From assembly GCA_963840035.1 (NCBI GenBank), contig CAWIXE010000002.1, forward strand, positions 578,236 through 642,235: a DNA stretch of 64,000 nucleotides, given 5' to 3'. The notes under the pieces are model-generated. The model worked only from the letters and a program-made list of their open reading frames with translations, had not been told where the DNA came from and did no database searches. Of this stretch, positions 8,542 through 19,304 are shown in pieces; the stretch's first letter is position 1; each line of letters starts with the position of its first letter. This stretch comes from a candidate division FCPU426 bacterium (GTDB lineage: Bacteria > Oederibacteriota > PGYV01 > Palsa-1178). Position numbers and translations under genes: made by a program.

Positions 8542-10113
8542 ATGGCTAAAAAAATAAAATCCACCACTGCTGGGAAGGCGAAAAAGCACCGGGCGATACT
8601 TCCGCTGGGCGTTAAGTTCAGTTTCTTCGTCGGATTGCTGCTGGTTTCCATAATGGCCGTTATCATGATGTTCATATATAACTGGGCTAATACAGCCCTG
8701 GAAAAAGAGGTCAAGGAAAGGGGAATAGCGATAGCCAAGAACATCGCGAATAATGCCGCTGACCCGCTTATTAAAAACGACGACCTGCCGCTTGCCATAT
8801 TGACAAATCAAGCAGTCCAGTTCCCGATGAAACAGGAAAGGGAATCCACGGATATCATAAGCAACATCCTTGAATCGCTTAAAAATGACCTTATCAGTAC
8901 GGGTGAGCCTGAAATTATAAAGAATGAAGGGATATATGAGGCTTTTATTGTAAATAAAAGAGGAATAATAGTTTCGTCAAATGAGGTGTTAAAAAACGGG
9001 GAACCGTACCAGTTGCCTCAGGGAATCAGGGCCGTAAAAGACAGTGAGGACGCGCTCGTGCAGGATTATGAAAAAGACGGCAGGCACTTTTTTGACATAG
9101 GCGTCCCTATCACGACAGTTATTAATGGCAACAGGTATTATGTCGGAGAGGTCCACCTTACCATATCCAGGAACATAATATCCAAGGCGGTTACTCTGGC
9201 GGCCATAAAAATAGGCCTTATAATTCTCGTAGCACTGCTGCTGGGCATCATCATATCAATCCTTCTGGTAAATTTCATGGTGAGGCCCATCGGGTACCTG
9301 CTGAAGGGCGTTAAATCAATCGGAGAAGGCAACTATGATGTGGAAATCAAGCTTAAAACCAATGATGAGCTCGGGTTGCTGACGGATATTTTCAACGATA
9401 CGGCAAAGAGCTTAAAGGAAAAAGAATTATTAAAAGGCGCTTTTTCCACTTATGTATCAAGTGAGATAATGAACGAAGTGCTTAAAGACCCGAAGAAACT
9501 CGCCCTCGGAGGTAAAAGGCTTAAGGCAACAATGCTTTTTACCGACATAAGGGGGTTTACATCCATGTCGGAAACCCTGGAACCCGAACAGGTCGTCGGT
9601 GTTATAAACGAATACCTCACGGTTCAGACCGATAAGGTCCTTAAATGGAAGGGCGTGCTTGACAAGTTCGTCGGGGATTGTGTCATGGCGGTATACGGAG
9701 TCCCCATGCCGAAAGAAGACGATTCATACAGGGCGGTAAGGACGGCCATGGACATAAAGGAAAGCGTTGACCGGTTGAATGTCATCAGGGCAAAGACAAA
9801 GCAGATCACTGTGGGGATCGGGATAGGCGTAAATACGGGCGATGTCGTATCAGGGAACATGGGCTCACCGCAAAAGATGGATTACACGGTAATAGGGGAC
9901 AATGTAAACCTCGCGGCAAGGCTTGAGGCCAACGCGCCGGCAGGAAGGGTGTACTGCAGCGAGTCCACATACGACGAAACAAAAGACAGAATAGAGTTTG
10001 TGGAGCTGGAAGCCATCAAGGTAAAAGGAAAGAAAGATCCTGTCAGGATATTTGAGCCCGTGGGTTTGAAGCCGGGCGTTGAGATAAAACCAAAACAGAC
10101 TGAAATCAAATAA
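8542..10113 (+). CDS. Class III adenylate/guanylate cyclase with an N-terminal TM-bounded periplasmic sensor and a HAMP domain
   Basis: Cyclase motifs [25 protein letters not shown] and [14 protein letters not shown]. Two hydrophobic segments flank a roughly 190-aa extracytoplasmic region. The HAMP-like segment runs [27 protein letters not shown]. Confidence 0.85.
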   Translation: MAKKIKSTTAGKAKKHRAILPLGVKFSFFVGLLLVSIMAVIMMFIYNWANTALEKEVKERGIAIAKNIANNAADPLIKNDDLPLAILTNQAVQFPMKQERESTDIISNILESLKNDLISTGEPEIIKNEGIYEAFIVNKRGIIVSSNEVLKNGEPYQLPQGIRAVKDSEDALVQDYEKDGRHFFDIGVPITTVINGNRYYVGEVHLTISRNIISKAVTLAAIKIGLIILVALLLGIIISILLVNFMVRPIGYLLKGVKSIGEGNYDVEIKLKTNDELGLLTDIFNDTAKSLKEKELLKGAFSTYVSSEIMNEVLKDPKKLALGGKRLKATMLFTDIRGFTSMSETLEPEQVVGVINEYLTVQTDKVLKWKGVLDKFVGDCVMAVYGVPMPKEDDSYRAVRTAMDIKESVDRLNVIRAKTKQITVGIGIGVNTGDVVSGNMGSPQKMDYTVIGDNVNLAARLEANAPAGRVYCSESTYDETKDRIEFVELEAIKVKGKKDPVRIFEPVGLKPGVEIKPKQTEIK

Positions 10114-10126
10114 TCAGGAGAAGACA

Positions 10127-11758
10127 ATGGCACCCAAAAAAAAGGCTCTGACGAAATTTGCTTCATGGAAATCGCTGAAATCAAATCATGGAAAGGTAAT
10201 GAAGACCGGCTTAAGGGAGTTATTTTCTTCAGACCCTGGCCGGGCGCAGAGCATGTCCATAGAAGCCGAAGGGATATATTATGATTATTCAAAGCACAGG
10301 GTTAATTCAGAGACCATAAAGCTGCTCGTAAAGCTCGCCAAAGAAGCGGGTTTGAGGCAAAAAATTGACGCGATGTTCCGCGGGGAAAAGATTAATTCAA
10401 CTGAAAACAGGGCAGTCCTGCATGTGGCGCTGCGTTCGCCAAAGTCCTCATCCATAATAGTGGACGGTAAGGACGTAATACCGGGAGTGCACGCGGTCCT
10501 GGATAAGATGGAGGGGTTTGCGGGCAGGATAAGGAGCGGGTCCTGGAAAGGTTATACCGGCAAAAAGATAAAGAACATAGTAAACATAGGCATCGGAGGG
10601 TCGGATCTGGGGCCTGTTATGGCATATGAAGCGCTGAAGAGTTATTCCATGCGCGAACTGACATTCAGGTTTGTCTCGAATGTCGATGACACGGATTTTG
10701 CCGAGGCGACTTTTGACCTGAACCCGGAAGAAACGCTTTTCATAGTCTCTTCCAAGACTTTTACCACCCTTGAGACCATGACGAACGCACTAACAGCGCG
10801 TGACTGGCTGCTGAAAAGTTTAAAGGATAAGGGCGCTGTCGCTAAACACTTTGTGGCTGTGTCAACAAACGCGGCTGAGGTATCAAAGTTCGGCATAGAT
10901 ACCGCGAATATGTTCGAGTTCTGGGACTGGGTCGGCGGCAGGTATTCCATGACCTCGGCCATAGGGCTTTCAAATATGATAGCGTTCGGGCCGGAAAATT
11001 TCCGCGCCATGCTAGCGGGGTTCCATGAGATGGACGAACATTTCAGGACAGCCCCGTTTGAAAAGAACATTCCGGCAATCATGGGCCTGCTGGGACTCTG
11101 GTATACTGATTTTTTCGGGGCTGAAACCATGGCTGTGCTTCCATATGAGCAGTATTTAAAACGGTTCCCGGCCTATCTCCAGCAGATGACCATGGAGAGC
11201 AACGGAAAACGGGTGACAATAAAAGGGGAAAAGATAAACTACCAGACAGGGGCCATCTACTGGGGCGAACCCGGGACAAACGGCCAGCATTCTTTCTACC
11301 AGCTCATACACCAGGGGACAAAACTGATACCCTGCGATTTCATAGCGTTCGCGAAATCCATAAACAAAATAGGCAGGCACCATGACCTTCTGATGGCAAA
11401 TGTGTTCGCCCAGGCTGAAGCGCTGGCGTTCGGTAAGACTGCGGCTGAAGTAAAGGCTGACGGCGCCCCTGAAAACCTTGTCGCGCATAAGACATTTGAG
11501 GGCAACAGGCCTTCCTCCACGATACTCATGGAAAAACTTGACCCGAACGCGCTTGGCAAACTAATTGCCATGTATGAGCACAGCGTATTTACACAGGCGG
11601 CAGTATGGAATATTAACGCGTTTGACCAGTGGGGAGTGCAGCTGGGAAAAGTCCTCGCTGAGAAGATAGTGCCTGAACTTGAGGCAGTGAAAGAACCGCA
11701 GTTAAAGCACGATAATTCGACCAATACACTTATAAAAAGATACAGAAAACTCAAATAA
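10127..11758 (+). CDS. pgi: Glucose-6-phosphate isomerase
   Basis: [19 protein letters not shown] and [11 protein letters not shown]. The length of 543 aa fits. Confidence 0.93.
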   Translation: MAPKKKALTKFASWKSLKSNHGKVMKTGLRELFSSDPGRAQSMSIEAEGIYYDYSKHRVNSETIKLLVKLAKEAGLRQKIDAMFRGEKINSTENRAVLHVALRSPKSSSIIVDGKDVIPGVHAVLDKMEGFAGRIRSGSWKGYTGKKIKNIVNIGIGGSDLGPVMAYEALKSYSMRELTFRFVSNVDDTDFAEATFDLNPEETLFIVSSKTFTTLETMTNALTARDWLLKSLKDKGAVAKHFVAVSTNAAEVSKFGIDTANMFEFWDWVGGRYSMTSAIGLSNMIAFGPENFRAMLAGFHEMDEHFRTAPFEKNIPAIMGLLGLWYTDFFGAETMAVLPYEQYLKRFPAYLQQMTMESNGKRVTIKGEKINYQTGAIYWGEPGTNGQHSFYQLIHQGTKLIPCDFIAFAKSINKIGRHHDLLMANVFAQAEALAFGKTAAEVKADGAPENLVAHKTFEGNRPSSTILMEKLDPNALGKLIAMYEHSVFTQAAVWNINAFDQWGVQLGKVLAEKIVPELEAVKEPQLKHDNSTNTLIKRYRKLK

Positions 11759-11787
11759 TACGGGGATTCAAACGGGGAGGCGCGACA

Positions 11788-12675
11788 ATGAAAAGGATAA
11801 ACGATTACCAGGTTGAGTGGAGCGGACTGGCTAACAGGATGGCCCAGATGTTTGACTTAAAATCAGGCAGGACCGTGCTGCTTGCGGTTGACCATGGTTA
11901 TTTCCAGGGCGCACCGGCAGGCCTTGAGAACTTAAGAAAGACAATTGAACCGCTGCTTCCTTACTGCGACGCGTTCAGCCCGACAATCGGAGGATTGAAA
12001 TCCAGCGTAAACCCGTGGATGAAGACCCCGGTTATTATGCGGGCTACCGGCGGGAACAGCATGAGGAAGGCTGCGGAACTGGATGATGAAGTTATAACGG
12101 TTACGGTTGATGAGATGTTAAGAATGAACGCCATCGGATTTACAGCTTCGTGCTATATAGGACTGCCGCACCAGAAGCAGACCATTGAAAATCTCACAAA
12201 CCTTTCAAACGAAGCACGCAAATACGGGCTTATATCAATCGGTATTACTGCTGTCGGATCTGACCCTGTCCTGGGAAAATTTGTCAAAGGCGAGAGGGAA
12301 GACGGCGGAGAACTCTCAAAAGAGGATAAAAAAGAAGCCATCAAGTATTTAAAGCACGCCGCGCGTGTTGTTTCTGAAAACGGCGCGGATATAGTAAAGA
12401 CCTATTACTGCGACGGGTTCGAGGAAGTTGTCGAGTCATGCCTTGCGCCCATTGTGATAGCGGGCGGAACAAAAAGGCCGACTAAAGAGGCGCTTGAATT
12501 CACATATAACGCCATAAAGGCCGGGGCGGTGGGCGTTGATATGGGGCGCAATATATTCCAGAACGAAAACCCTGTGGCCATGATTAAAGCGGTAAGAAGC
12601 GTGGTGCATGAGGGCAAAACGTCAAAGCAGGCCCTTGACCTTTATAACAGCCTGTCGAAGAAGAAGGCAAAATGA
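11788..12675 (+). CDS. Class I fructose-bisphosphate aldolase (DhnA/FbaB-type, DeoC/LacD superfamily)
   Basis: LLAVDHGYFQG, the GADIVKTYY Schiff-base lysine region and IAGG. About 295 aa, in an operon with pgi. Confidence 0.7.
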   Translation: MKRINDYQVEWSGLANRMAQMFDLKSGRTVLLAVDHGYFQGAPAGLENLRKTIEPLLPYCDAFSPTIGGLKSSVNPWMKTPVIMRATGGNSMRKAAELDDEVITVTVDEMLRMNAIGFTASCYIGLPHQKQTIENLTNLSNEARKYGLISIGITAVGSDPVLGKFVKGEREDGGELSKEDKKEAIKYLKHAARVVSENGADIVKTYYCDGFEEVVESCLAPIVIAGGTKRPTKEALEFTYNAIKAGAVGVDMGRNIFQNENPVAMIKAVRSVVHEGKTSKQALDLYNSLSKKKAK

Positions 12676-13700
12676 AGGCCGGCGTATACTATAATAACAG
12701 GGATGTCAGGGTTGAAGAACGGCCGATGCCTGAAACCGGTCCGGGTGACGTGCTGATAAAAGTGGCAGCCTGCGGAATATGCGGCAGCGACGTGCTGGAG
12801 TGGTACAGGATAAAAAAGGCGCCGCTGGTGCTCGGACATGAAATGTCCGGGGAAATTGTTGAAGCCGGTAAAGGCGTTAAGGGTTTTAAAAAAGGGGACA
12901 GGGTTTTTGCCACCCACCACGTGCCGTGCGGGGAATGCGCGTATTGCAAAAACGGGCATGAAACAGCGTGCGAAGTATTTCACGGTGAGAATAATTTTAC
13001 ACCCGGAGGGTTTTCTGAATATCTGCGGGTAACAGGAAGGTCTATAAAAACCGGATTATTTAAACTTCCCAAAAATATGACTTATGAGCAGGCCACATTC
13101 ATAGAACCGCTTGGGACCGTGGTAAGGGGACAGCGCGCCGCCGGGCTGAAGAAAGGCGATTCAATTCTGATTCTTGGAAGCGGCATTACCGGGATTTTAC
13201 ACATTATGCTCGCGAAACATACGGGAGCGTCAAAGATAATTGCCACGGATATAAACCCCTATAAACTTGAAGCGGCGAAAAAAGCCGGAGCTGACGCGGT
13301 AATAGACGCGCGCGCTGATGTCCCGGCGGAAGTCTTAAAGGTAAACGGCGGAAAACCGGTTGACAAAGTAATAATCTGCGCCGGCTCGCTCGCGGCGGCA
13401 GAGCAGGCAATAAATTCAGTTGATAAAGGCGGCACCATAATATTCTTTGCTGTGCCTAAACCCGGTGAAAAGGTAGCCATAGATTTTACTCCATTCTGGA
13501 GGAACGATATAAGCATAAAAACCAGCTACGGCGCCGCCCCACGTGATAATAAGGAAGCGATAGAACTCATAAGCAGCGGAAAAATAAAAGTTACTGATGT
13601 AATAACCCACAGGTTAAACCTTGATAATATTGCGGAAGGGTTTAAGCTGGCGGCTGAAGGAAAAGACTGCCTTAAAGTAATAATCACACCAAATGCATAA
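12672..13700 (+). CDS. Zinc-dependent medium-chain dehydrogenase (threonine/sorbitol/alcohol dehydrogenase family)
   Basis: CGICGSDV, GHEMSGEIVEAG, the structural Zn pattern CGECAYCKNG and the Rossmann motif GSGITGIL. Confidence 0.85.
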   Translation: MKAGVYYNNRDVRVEERPMPETGPGDVLIKVAACGICGSDVLEWYRIKKAPLVLGHEMSGEIVEAGKGVKGFKKGDRVFATHHVPCGECAYCKNGHETACEVFHGENNFTPGGFSEYLRVTGRSIKTGLFKLPKNMTYEQATFIEPLGTVVRGQRAAGLKKGDSILILGSGITGILHIMLAKHTGASKIIATDINPYKLEAAKKAGADAVIDARADVPAEVLKVNGGKPVDKVIICAGSLAAAEQAINSVDKGGTIIFFAVPKPGEKVAIDFTPFWRNDISIKTSYGAAPRDNKEAIELISSGKIKVTDVITHRLNLDNIAEGFKLAAEGKDCLKVIITPNA

Positions 13701-13818
13701 AGTATAAAAAAATCCAAAAATAAATTAGGATAATGCTTGACTTATTATACAAAATGTAGTATAAACTATACATAAAGATTATCTTATACATCTAAAATTA
13801 ATAAAAGGAGGCAAAATA

Positions 13819-14061
13819 GTGGGAAAACTGGAACCAAAGCTGAAAATTGTAAGCCGGCTGCACATATTGCGCGCTGAAAAACGGCTTTCCCAGGATGACC
13901 TGGCTAAGGCAATAGATGTTACACGGGGGACTATAGTCGCGATCGAAGGCGGGGATTATAACCCGTCGCTTGAGCTGGCTTTCAGGCTTGCGAGATATTT
14001 CAATACGGATATACACTCGATATTTCAAATAGAGGAGGGGAATGATGCAAAAAATAAATAA
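13819..14061 (+). CDS. XRE-family (Cro/C1-type) HTH transcriptional regulator
   Basis: LSQDDLAKAIDVTRGTIVAIEGGDYNPSLELAFRLARYF. GTG start with AGGAGG 7 nt upstream. A sigma70-like promoter (TTGACT..17 nt..TATAAA) lies at about 13736. Confidence 0.85.
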   Translation: MGKLEPKLKIVSRLHILRAEKRLSQDDLAKAIDVTRGTIVAIEGGDYNPSLELAFRLARYFNTDIHSIFQIEEGNDAKNK

Positions 14062-14656
14062 GTTCCTGCTTAAGTATCTTGTATACGCAATACCGTTCCA
14101 CGTAATCCTGCTGATATGGGGTCTGCTGGCTTCTAAATTTGAATTTTTAAAGGGAATAAAACCCCTTGCCGCGGCCATGGATATACTTCCGTGGAATTTT
14201 ATTGCCTGGCTGATTGTTCTTGTATTTGTCCTTGCGGAACTTTTGTGGTACCCGGACATGCAGAGGCGGTTTTTTGAGTCGGCAGCAAAATTCGCGGGAG
14301 TTAAGGAAAGGGATGAGAGGGAAAGTCTGGCAATTGACAGGGCGGGCAGGTACGCGTATATTTCAACGTTGTGCCTCCTTATAGTTATGCTCTGTTTTTA
14401 TTCCATCAATGTAACAATCGGCAATATCCCGCCGGATAAAGTCGTAGACGGGAAACACAGGTACATAACTGTCGGCATCGGTATCGCCGTTACTGATGAC
14501 AAACCGGTTGTTAAAAATGATAATTACATAAAGACATTTTCTAACTGGGACCTTCCGCTTTCAAAATGGAGCCTTATATTTCTTGTCATAGCATGGCACG
14601 TGCTCAGCTTTCTATATTACCTGAGGAAAACTGATAAGTATAACCTGGAAAAATAG
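14042..14656 (+). CDS. Multi-pass membrane protein (DUF2975-like partner of the small XRE regulator)
   Basis: At least four hydrophobic helices. Overlaps the regulator gene stop. No catalytic motif. Confidence 0.6.
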   Translation: MMQKINKFLLKYLVYAIPFHVILLIWGLLASKFEFLKGIKPLAAAMDILPWNFIAWLIVLVFVLAELLWYPDMQRRFFESAAKFAGVKERDERESLAIDRAGRYAYISTLCLLIVMLCFYSINVTIGNIPPDKVVDGKHRYITVGIGIAVTDDKPVVKNDNYIKTFSNWDLPLSKWSLIFLVIAWHVLSFLYYLRKTDKYNLEK

Positions 14657-14699
14657 CGGCCTGATTGCCGTTCTATAATAAATTTTTAAGGAGGATGTT

Positions 14700-15323
14700 A
14701 TGGCAGAAGTAATTAAGAATCTCGCGATAGTGGGTGACGTATGGGTGCTCTATATACTCATAATTGCCAGTATAGCAAGCGTGGCAATCATGGTGGAGCG
14801 CTGGATGGTATACCGTGCAAATAAAGGGGACATATCCGCGTTCATGGACAGCCTCGCGGAAAAACTTGATAAAAAAGACATAAAAGGCGCCATAGAGCTT
14901 GCGAATAAATCCTCGCGCATTGAGGCAAAGGTCGCTTTAGAGGGGCTGAGTAATGTGAAAAAAGGGCCGGCGTCTGTCGAGGAAGTCATGACATCAAGGT
15001 GGCTCAGGGAGAAAATTAAGCTGGAAAAGAACCTTGTCATACTCGCGACCATGGGCAACAACGCCCCGTTTGTGGGGCTCTTTGGAACGGTACTCGGCAT
15101 AATCAAGGCTTTTAATGACCTGGCGCTTACAGGCCAGTCAGGAATAGCCGTTGTCATGTCAGGCATATCGTCGGCATTGATTGCCACGGCGCTTGGCATA
15201 CTTGTGGCAATACCTGCTGTTATCGCGAATAATTATTTCGCGTCCAGCTTAAGGCAGGCGCAGTCCAACAGCGAAAGCTTAACGCATATCATAATGGCGT
15301 TTTTAAAGGAAACGGGTAAATAG
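14700..15323 (+). CDS. exbB: MotA/TolQ/ExbB-family proton channel
   Basis: Three TM segments and a conserved C-terminal region GIAVVMSGISSALIATALGILVAIPAVIANNYF. AGGAGG RBS. Confidence 0.9.
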   Translation: MAEVIKNLAIVGDVWVLYILIIASIASVAIMVERWMVYRANKGDISAFMDSLAEKLDKKDIKGAIELANKSSRIEAKVALEGLSNVKKGPASVEEVMTSRWLREKIKLEKNLVILATMGNNAPFVGLFGTVLGIIKAFNDLALTGQSGIAVVMSGISSALIATALGILVAIPAVIANNYFASSLRQAQSNSESLTHIIMAFLKETGK

Positions 15324-15325
15324 CC

Positions 15326-15724
15326 ATGAAATTTGACGATGAACAGATGATAGTCTCCGGAATAAATGTAACGCCGCTGGTGGATATCACGCTTGTGTTG
15401 CTGATCATATTCATGGTCACCGCCACATTTGTAAGCGAACGCGCCATGGAAGTAAACATCCCAAAAAGCGCGACAAAGGAAAACGCGCCGACGCCCGCCA
15501 TATCGGTTACGCTTGGCAAAGACGGAACGCTGAAGATCATGAAGAAATCAGTTACGCTTGAGCAGTTAAGCGTGCTGCTTGCCAATGAGGTAAAGGCGTT
15601 TCCTGATGAGAAGGTGCTTTTAAAGGCTGAAAAGGACCTGCCGTACTATAAGGTGGCGGAAGTACTTGAAGCGATTAAACTGGCCGGGATTAAAAAAGTG
15701 GCCCTGGCAATGGAAAGAAAATGA
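15326..15724 (+). CDS. exbD: ExbD/TolR biopolymer transport protein
   Basis: INVTPLVDITLVLLIIFMV and a length of 132 aa. Confidence 0.9.
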   Translation: MKFDDEQMIVSGINVTPLVDITLVLLIIFMVTATFVSERAMEVNIPKSATKENAPTPAISVTLGKDGTLKIMKKSVTLEQLSVLLANEVKAFPDEKVLLKAEKDLPYYKVAEVLEAIKLAGIKKVALAMERK

Positions 15725-16332
15725 GGCTCCTAAAGGGTTTTACAGCGTCCATACTTATACATGTATTCATTTTTTTATCATGCTATTACATGATTATATG
15801 GTGGAAAAATTCGGATTTGTCGGCCGTTGATATTGACCTGACATCGTCGACCCTTATGCTGCGGCCTTCAAAAGCAACAGCCAAATCCGCGCAGCCGGAG
15901 ATTACGGTTCAGGATTGGTATTTAAGCGACAGCAAACAGCTGCCGCCCAAACCTGTGTTAACATCCCAAACAGAAGCTGCTGAGCAGCCTGCCATAGCAG
16001 AGTGCCCGGCGCCGTGTCCGGATAATACTTCTGACTGGGCAACGGCAGGATCCACTACGCGAAGGCCGGTGTGGTCAGAAGGGTTTATAACTGAGGACGA
16101 CTATCCCAAAGAAGCAAGGGCGCAGGGGCGTGAAGGAAAAGTTAAAGTCGAAGTTTTTATAGACGCGACAGGCAGGGTGCGGGACGCGAGGGTAATTGAG
16201 TCAACGGACGGAAGGTTCACCGCGGTCGTACTTGACAAACTTAAAAAAGCGAAGTTTGAACCGGCGCTTGATAAATCCGGAAATCCTGTAGCTGTGCATA
16301 TGGCCATGCCTATAGTGTTTGAACTACGATGA
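15721..16332 (+). CDS. tonB: TonB-like energy transducer (N-terminal anchor, Pro-rich linker, TonB C-terminal domain)
   Basis: Hydrophobic N-terminus. The segment PAIAECPAPCP..EGKVKVEVFIDATGRVRDARVIES..AKFEPA matches the TonB C-terminal fold. Confidence 0.8.
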   Translation: MRLLKGFTASILIHVFIFLSCYYMIIWWKNSDLSAVDIDLTSSTLMLRPSKATAKSAQPEITVQDWYLSDSKQLPPKPVLTSQTEAAEQPAIAECPAPCPDNTSDWATAGSTTRRPVWSEGFITEDDYPKEARAQGREGKVKVEVFIDATGRVRDARVIESTDGRFTAVVLDKLKKAKFEPALDKSGNPVAVHMAMPIVFELR

Positions 16333-16348
16333 ATATGAGGACGGTAAA

Positions 16349-18596
16349 ATGAGAAAAAAATTCAGGTTAAAGATCGCGTTTATAATTGTAATAATTTCAT
16401 TTGCAGCTGTTTTAAACGCTGCCACCGCAAGTGCCGGAGTAACAGTTACGGCAAATGCCGCTATATCCGGAAAGGTGATGGTGCTTGGCGCTTCGGATGC
16501 CATTGAAGGGGCCATTATCAGCTTAAACGGGGTGACTCAGAGCGCTGCAGTTACCGGACCGGACGGAAAGTACAGGTTTGAGCTGGCGACAGGGACAGCG
16601 GATGTCCGATGCACAGCCTATGGCTTTCAGGAAAGGGCGTTTCACACGGTTGTGGAGCCGGGCAATGAATATGAAATGAATGTTTACCTGGACAGGGTGG
16701 ATTTCATTTCTGACGCGGTGGTAGTGCGCGCAAAAAAAGATAAAAACGAAGTTATAAAAACAACGATTGAGCGGGCGCAGCTTAAGAAAATTCCCGGGAC
16801 TGCCGGCGACGCGCTCCGCGCGGTGCAGTCCATGCCGGGAGTCGCAGTAATGAGCGACTATTCAAGCGGGCTTGCCGTACAGGGAGGAGGCCCCGGGGAC
16901 AATATGTATCTTTTAGACGGAATTCCGTGGCCTTATCCATTTCATTTTGGCGGGCTGCTTTCAACGGTTTACTCAGGCCTGCTTTCATCCGTTGACCTGA
17001 ACACGGCCGGATTTGGCGCGCAGTGGGGAAATATAATGGGCGCGGTGCTTGACGCAAAGACCAGGCCGGGCGCCAAAGACAGGTTCAGGGGTGATATAGA
17101 CATAAGCATCATAACTTCACAGGCTCTTTTTGAGGCGCCTATCGGCCTGGGTGACGCTTCTGTTGCCGTATATGGCAGGAGAAGCTATATTGACCTTATT
17201 ATCGGACAGGCAATGAAAACAGAAGGGTTTACAGCCTTCCCGTTTTTCTGGGATATTGGAGGGTCTCTTGATTTTACCCTGGGCAAGGACAACCATTTTA
17301 AAGCCATAGCACTTGCCACCGACGACATGCTAAAAATGTACGTGGACCCGGCGGAGAATACAGCAAGTTCCTATACCGGCGATTTTTCCATGGACAACGG
17401 CGCTTTTACGGGAGGCGCGAGCTGGTCAAATACATCTTTATCCGGACTTACATCGAAATTAACGGCATATTACTATAATCTTTTTGAAAAATCCGTTATT
17501 GGAAAAGATTTTAACATAAATTTGGGGCAGTCGGATTTCGGGCTAAAAGAAGAACTTGAATGGGATGCGGGAAGTTTTATGGGGGTTGGGCATGCGATAG
17601 GGTTCGGCGCTGACGTGCAGCGCATACATGATGAGGCTGTTGTGAATCTTGCTTTTGACATAATCCACCATACAGCTGACCCGACTTCGACAAAAGTTGA
17701 CGGCTGGCACACAAACCGCGGAGGATATCTGCAGGACAGGATGCGGCTGCTGCCCGGCCTTGACCTGACTGCCGGCATCCGGTATGACAAAAATGACAAA
17801 GTGGGGCGCGACACAACGCTTCCAAGAATATCACTTTCATGGCAGAGCGATGAAAAGACTCTCTGGAAGGCGGCGTGGGGAATTTACAGCCAGTTTCCGA
17901 CAGATGTGCAGCTGAAATAACGTTTTCGGAAACCCGGCGCTTACCGCCAATATGGCTCAGCATGCCGTTTTCAGCGTGGAGAGAAAACTGACCAATGAGA
18001 TTACAGCAAGGCTTGACGGGTATTATAAGTATTATACCGGCCTGGTGGGAAGCGATCCTGACACGGGCATGTATGACAATAATACTTCAGGAAGCGCGAA
18101 AGGCGCGGAAATATTCATAAAAGCGGATTATGGCGAAAAATTTTTCGCGTGGATATCATATGCGCTCTCAAAATCCGAGCGTTTAAAACCGTCGTTTGAT
18201 AAGTGGGTGGCATACCAGTATGACCAGACTAATTTGCTCACGGCCGTGGCGAGCTATGGCATAACGCCGGCGTGGTCAATAGGCGCAAAGCTGCATTACA
18301 ATTCAGGCCCGCTTGTTAAAAAATTGCTGGGCAGTTATAAGGATGTAAATGACGAATGGCACGGCATATTCTCTGATAATTATGACAAAAGGCTGGATGA
18401 CTATTTAAGGCTGGATGTAAGGACGGATTATGCCTTCCGTTTTGAAGGCTGGAAGTTGAACATTTATGTGGAACTGTTGAATGTATTAAACAGGAAAAAT
18501 CCGAACCAGATAATGTATTCGGATGACTACAGCGAATCGCAGACAGTTAATAACCTGCCGTTTATCCCGTATCTGGGGGTGGAGGCGGAATGGTGA
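16349..18596 (+). pseudogene. TonB-dependent outer-membrane receptor split by a frameshift near 17916 (frame 2 to frame 0); pseudogene or sequencing error
   Basis: The first ORF has a signal peptide, a carboxypeptidase-regulatory-like domain, the plug domain (IERAQLKKIPGTAGDALRAVQSMPGVAV) and the start of the barrel. The second ORF continues the barrel and ends in an aromatic residue (LGVEAEW). The two ORFs abut, with a stop at 17918-20 while the other frame is open from 17916. Confidence 0.65.
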
Positions 18597-18771
18597 TAAA
18601 CACAATTGAGGATTTACAATTGACGATTGTCGATTCTTGCGTGCGGAGTGGTAGCCGCAGCCTCCATGTCCGTTGTAGCTTTCGCGGAGACGGATTAGGC
18701 TGCGTAACGGGGTACCGTAACCGGAAGGTTTGCGACTACGAACGTAATTGTTTTCAATAAGGAGGTTAAAA

Positions 18772-19194
18772 ATGGACAACAGGTCATGGTGTGTTCCGTT
18801 AATACTTGTATTACTTCTTCTTATATTTCAGGGTTGTGCGGCTGCTGTTATAATGTCTGACGTTAAGACTGAAAAAACACCGGCTGCCGCCGGAGCGCAG
18901 ATAAAACAGGAGCCGCTCCTTGATTCAGGGGCCATAGTAGTCAGGGCAAAAAGGCTTACAAGGCTCGAACGCAAGAAAAAGGAGGCTATAAGGATTAATA
19001 ACAGGGATACATACGCCGTTTTGTTCGGAACTGCCGGAGCGCTGACGGCTTATACCGCGATGAACGTTTATTACGCATCCAGAAATGAGCAGGGAAATCC
19101 TCTGGTGACATTTTGCGCTGTGGGAGCGGCGGCATATGCGGTAACAGCAATAGCAAACCTTATTTATGATCTATTTGACGCTAAATTAAAATGA
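18772..19194 (+). CDS. Small lipoprotein/membrane protein, hypothetical
   Basis: Lipobox LIFQGCAAA, AGGAGG RBS and a C-terminal hydrophobic segment. Confidence 0.55.
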   Translation: MDNRSWCVPLILVLLLLIFQGCAAAVIMSDVKTEKTPAAAGAQIKQEPLLDSGAIVVRAKRLTRLERKKKEAIRINNRDTYAVLFGTAGALTAYTAMNVYYASRNEQGNPLVTFCAVGAAAYAVTAIANLIYDLFDAKLK

Positions 19195-19304
19195 TTGATT
19201 CAGGTTGTATGCTGGCGTAAATAATGTTAAAATTTTATCTTCGTGAACGGGGTGATGCCTGTTTAATGAAATATCTTCGTAAAATACACCGTAAAGAGGA
19301 ATAA

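Noticed and set aside
14750-15199. 149-aa minus-strand ORF
   Set aside because: Antisense within exbB, whose protein has clear family motifs.
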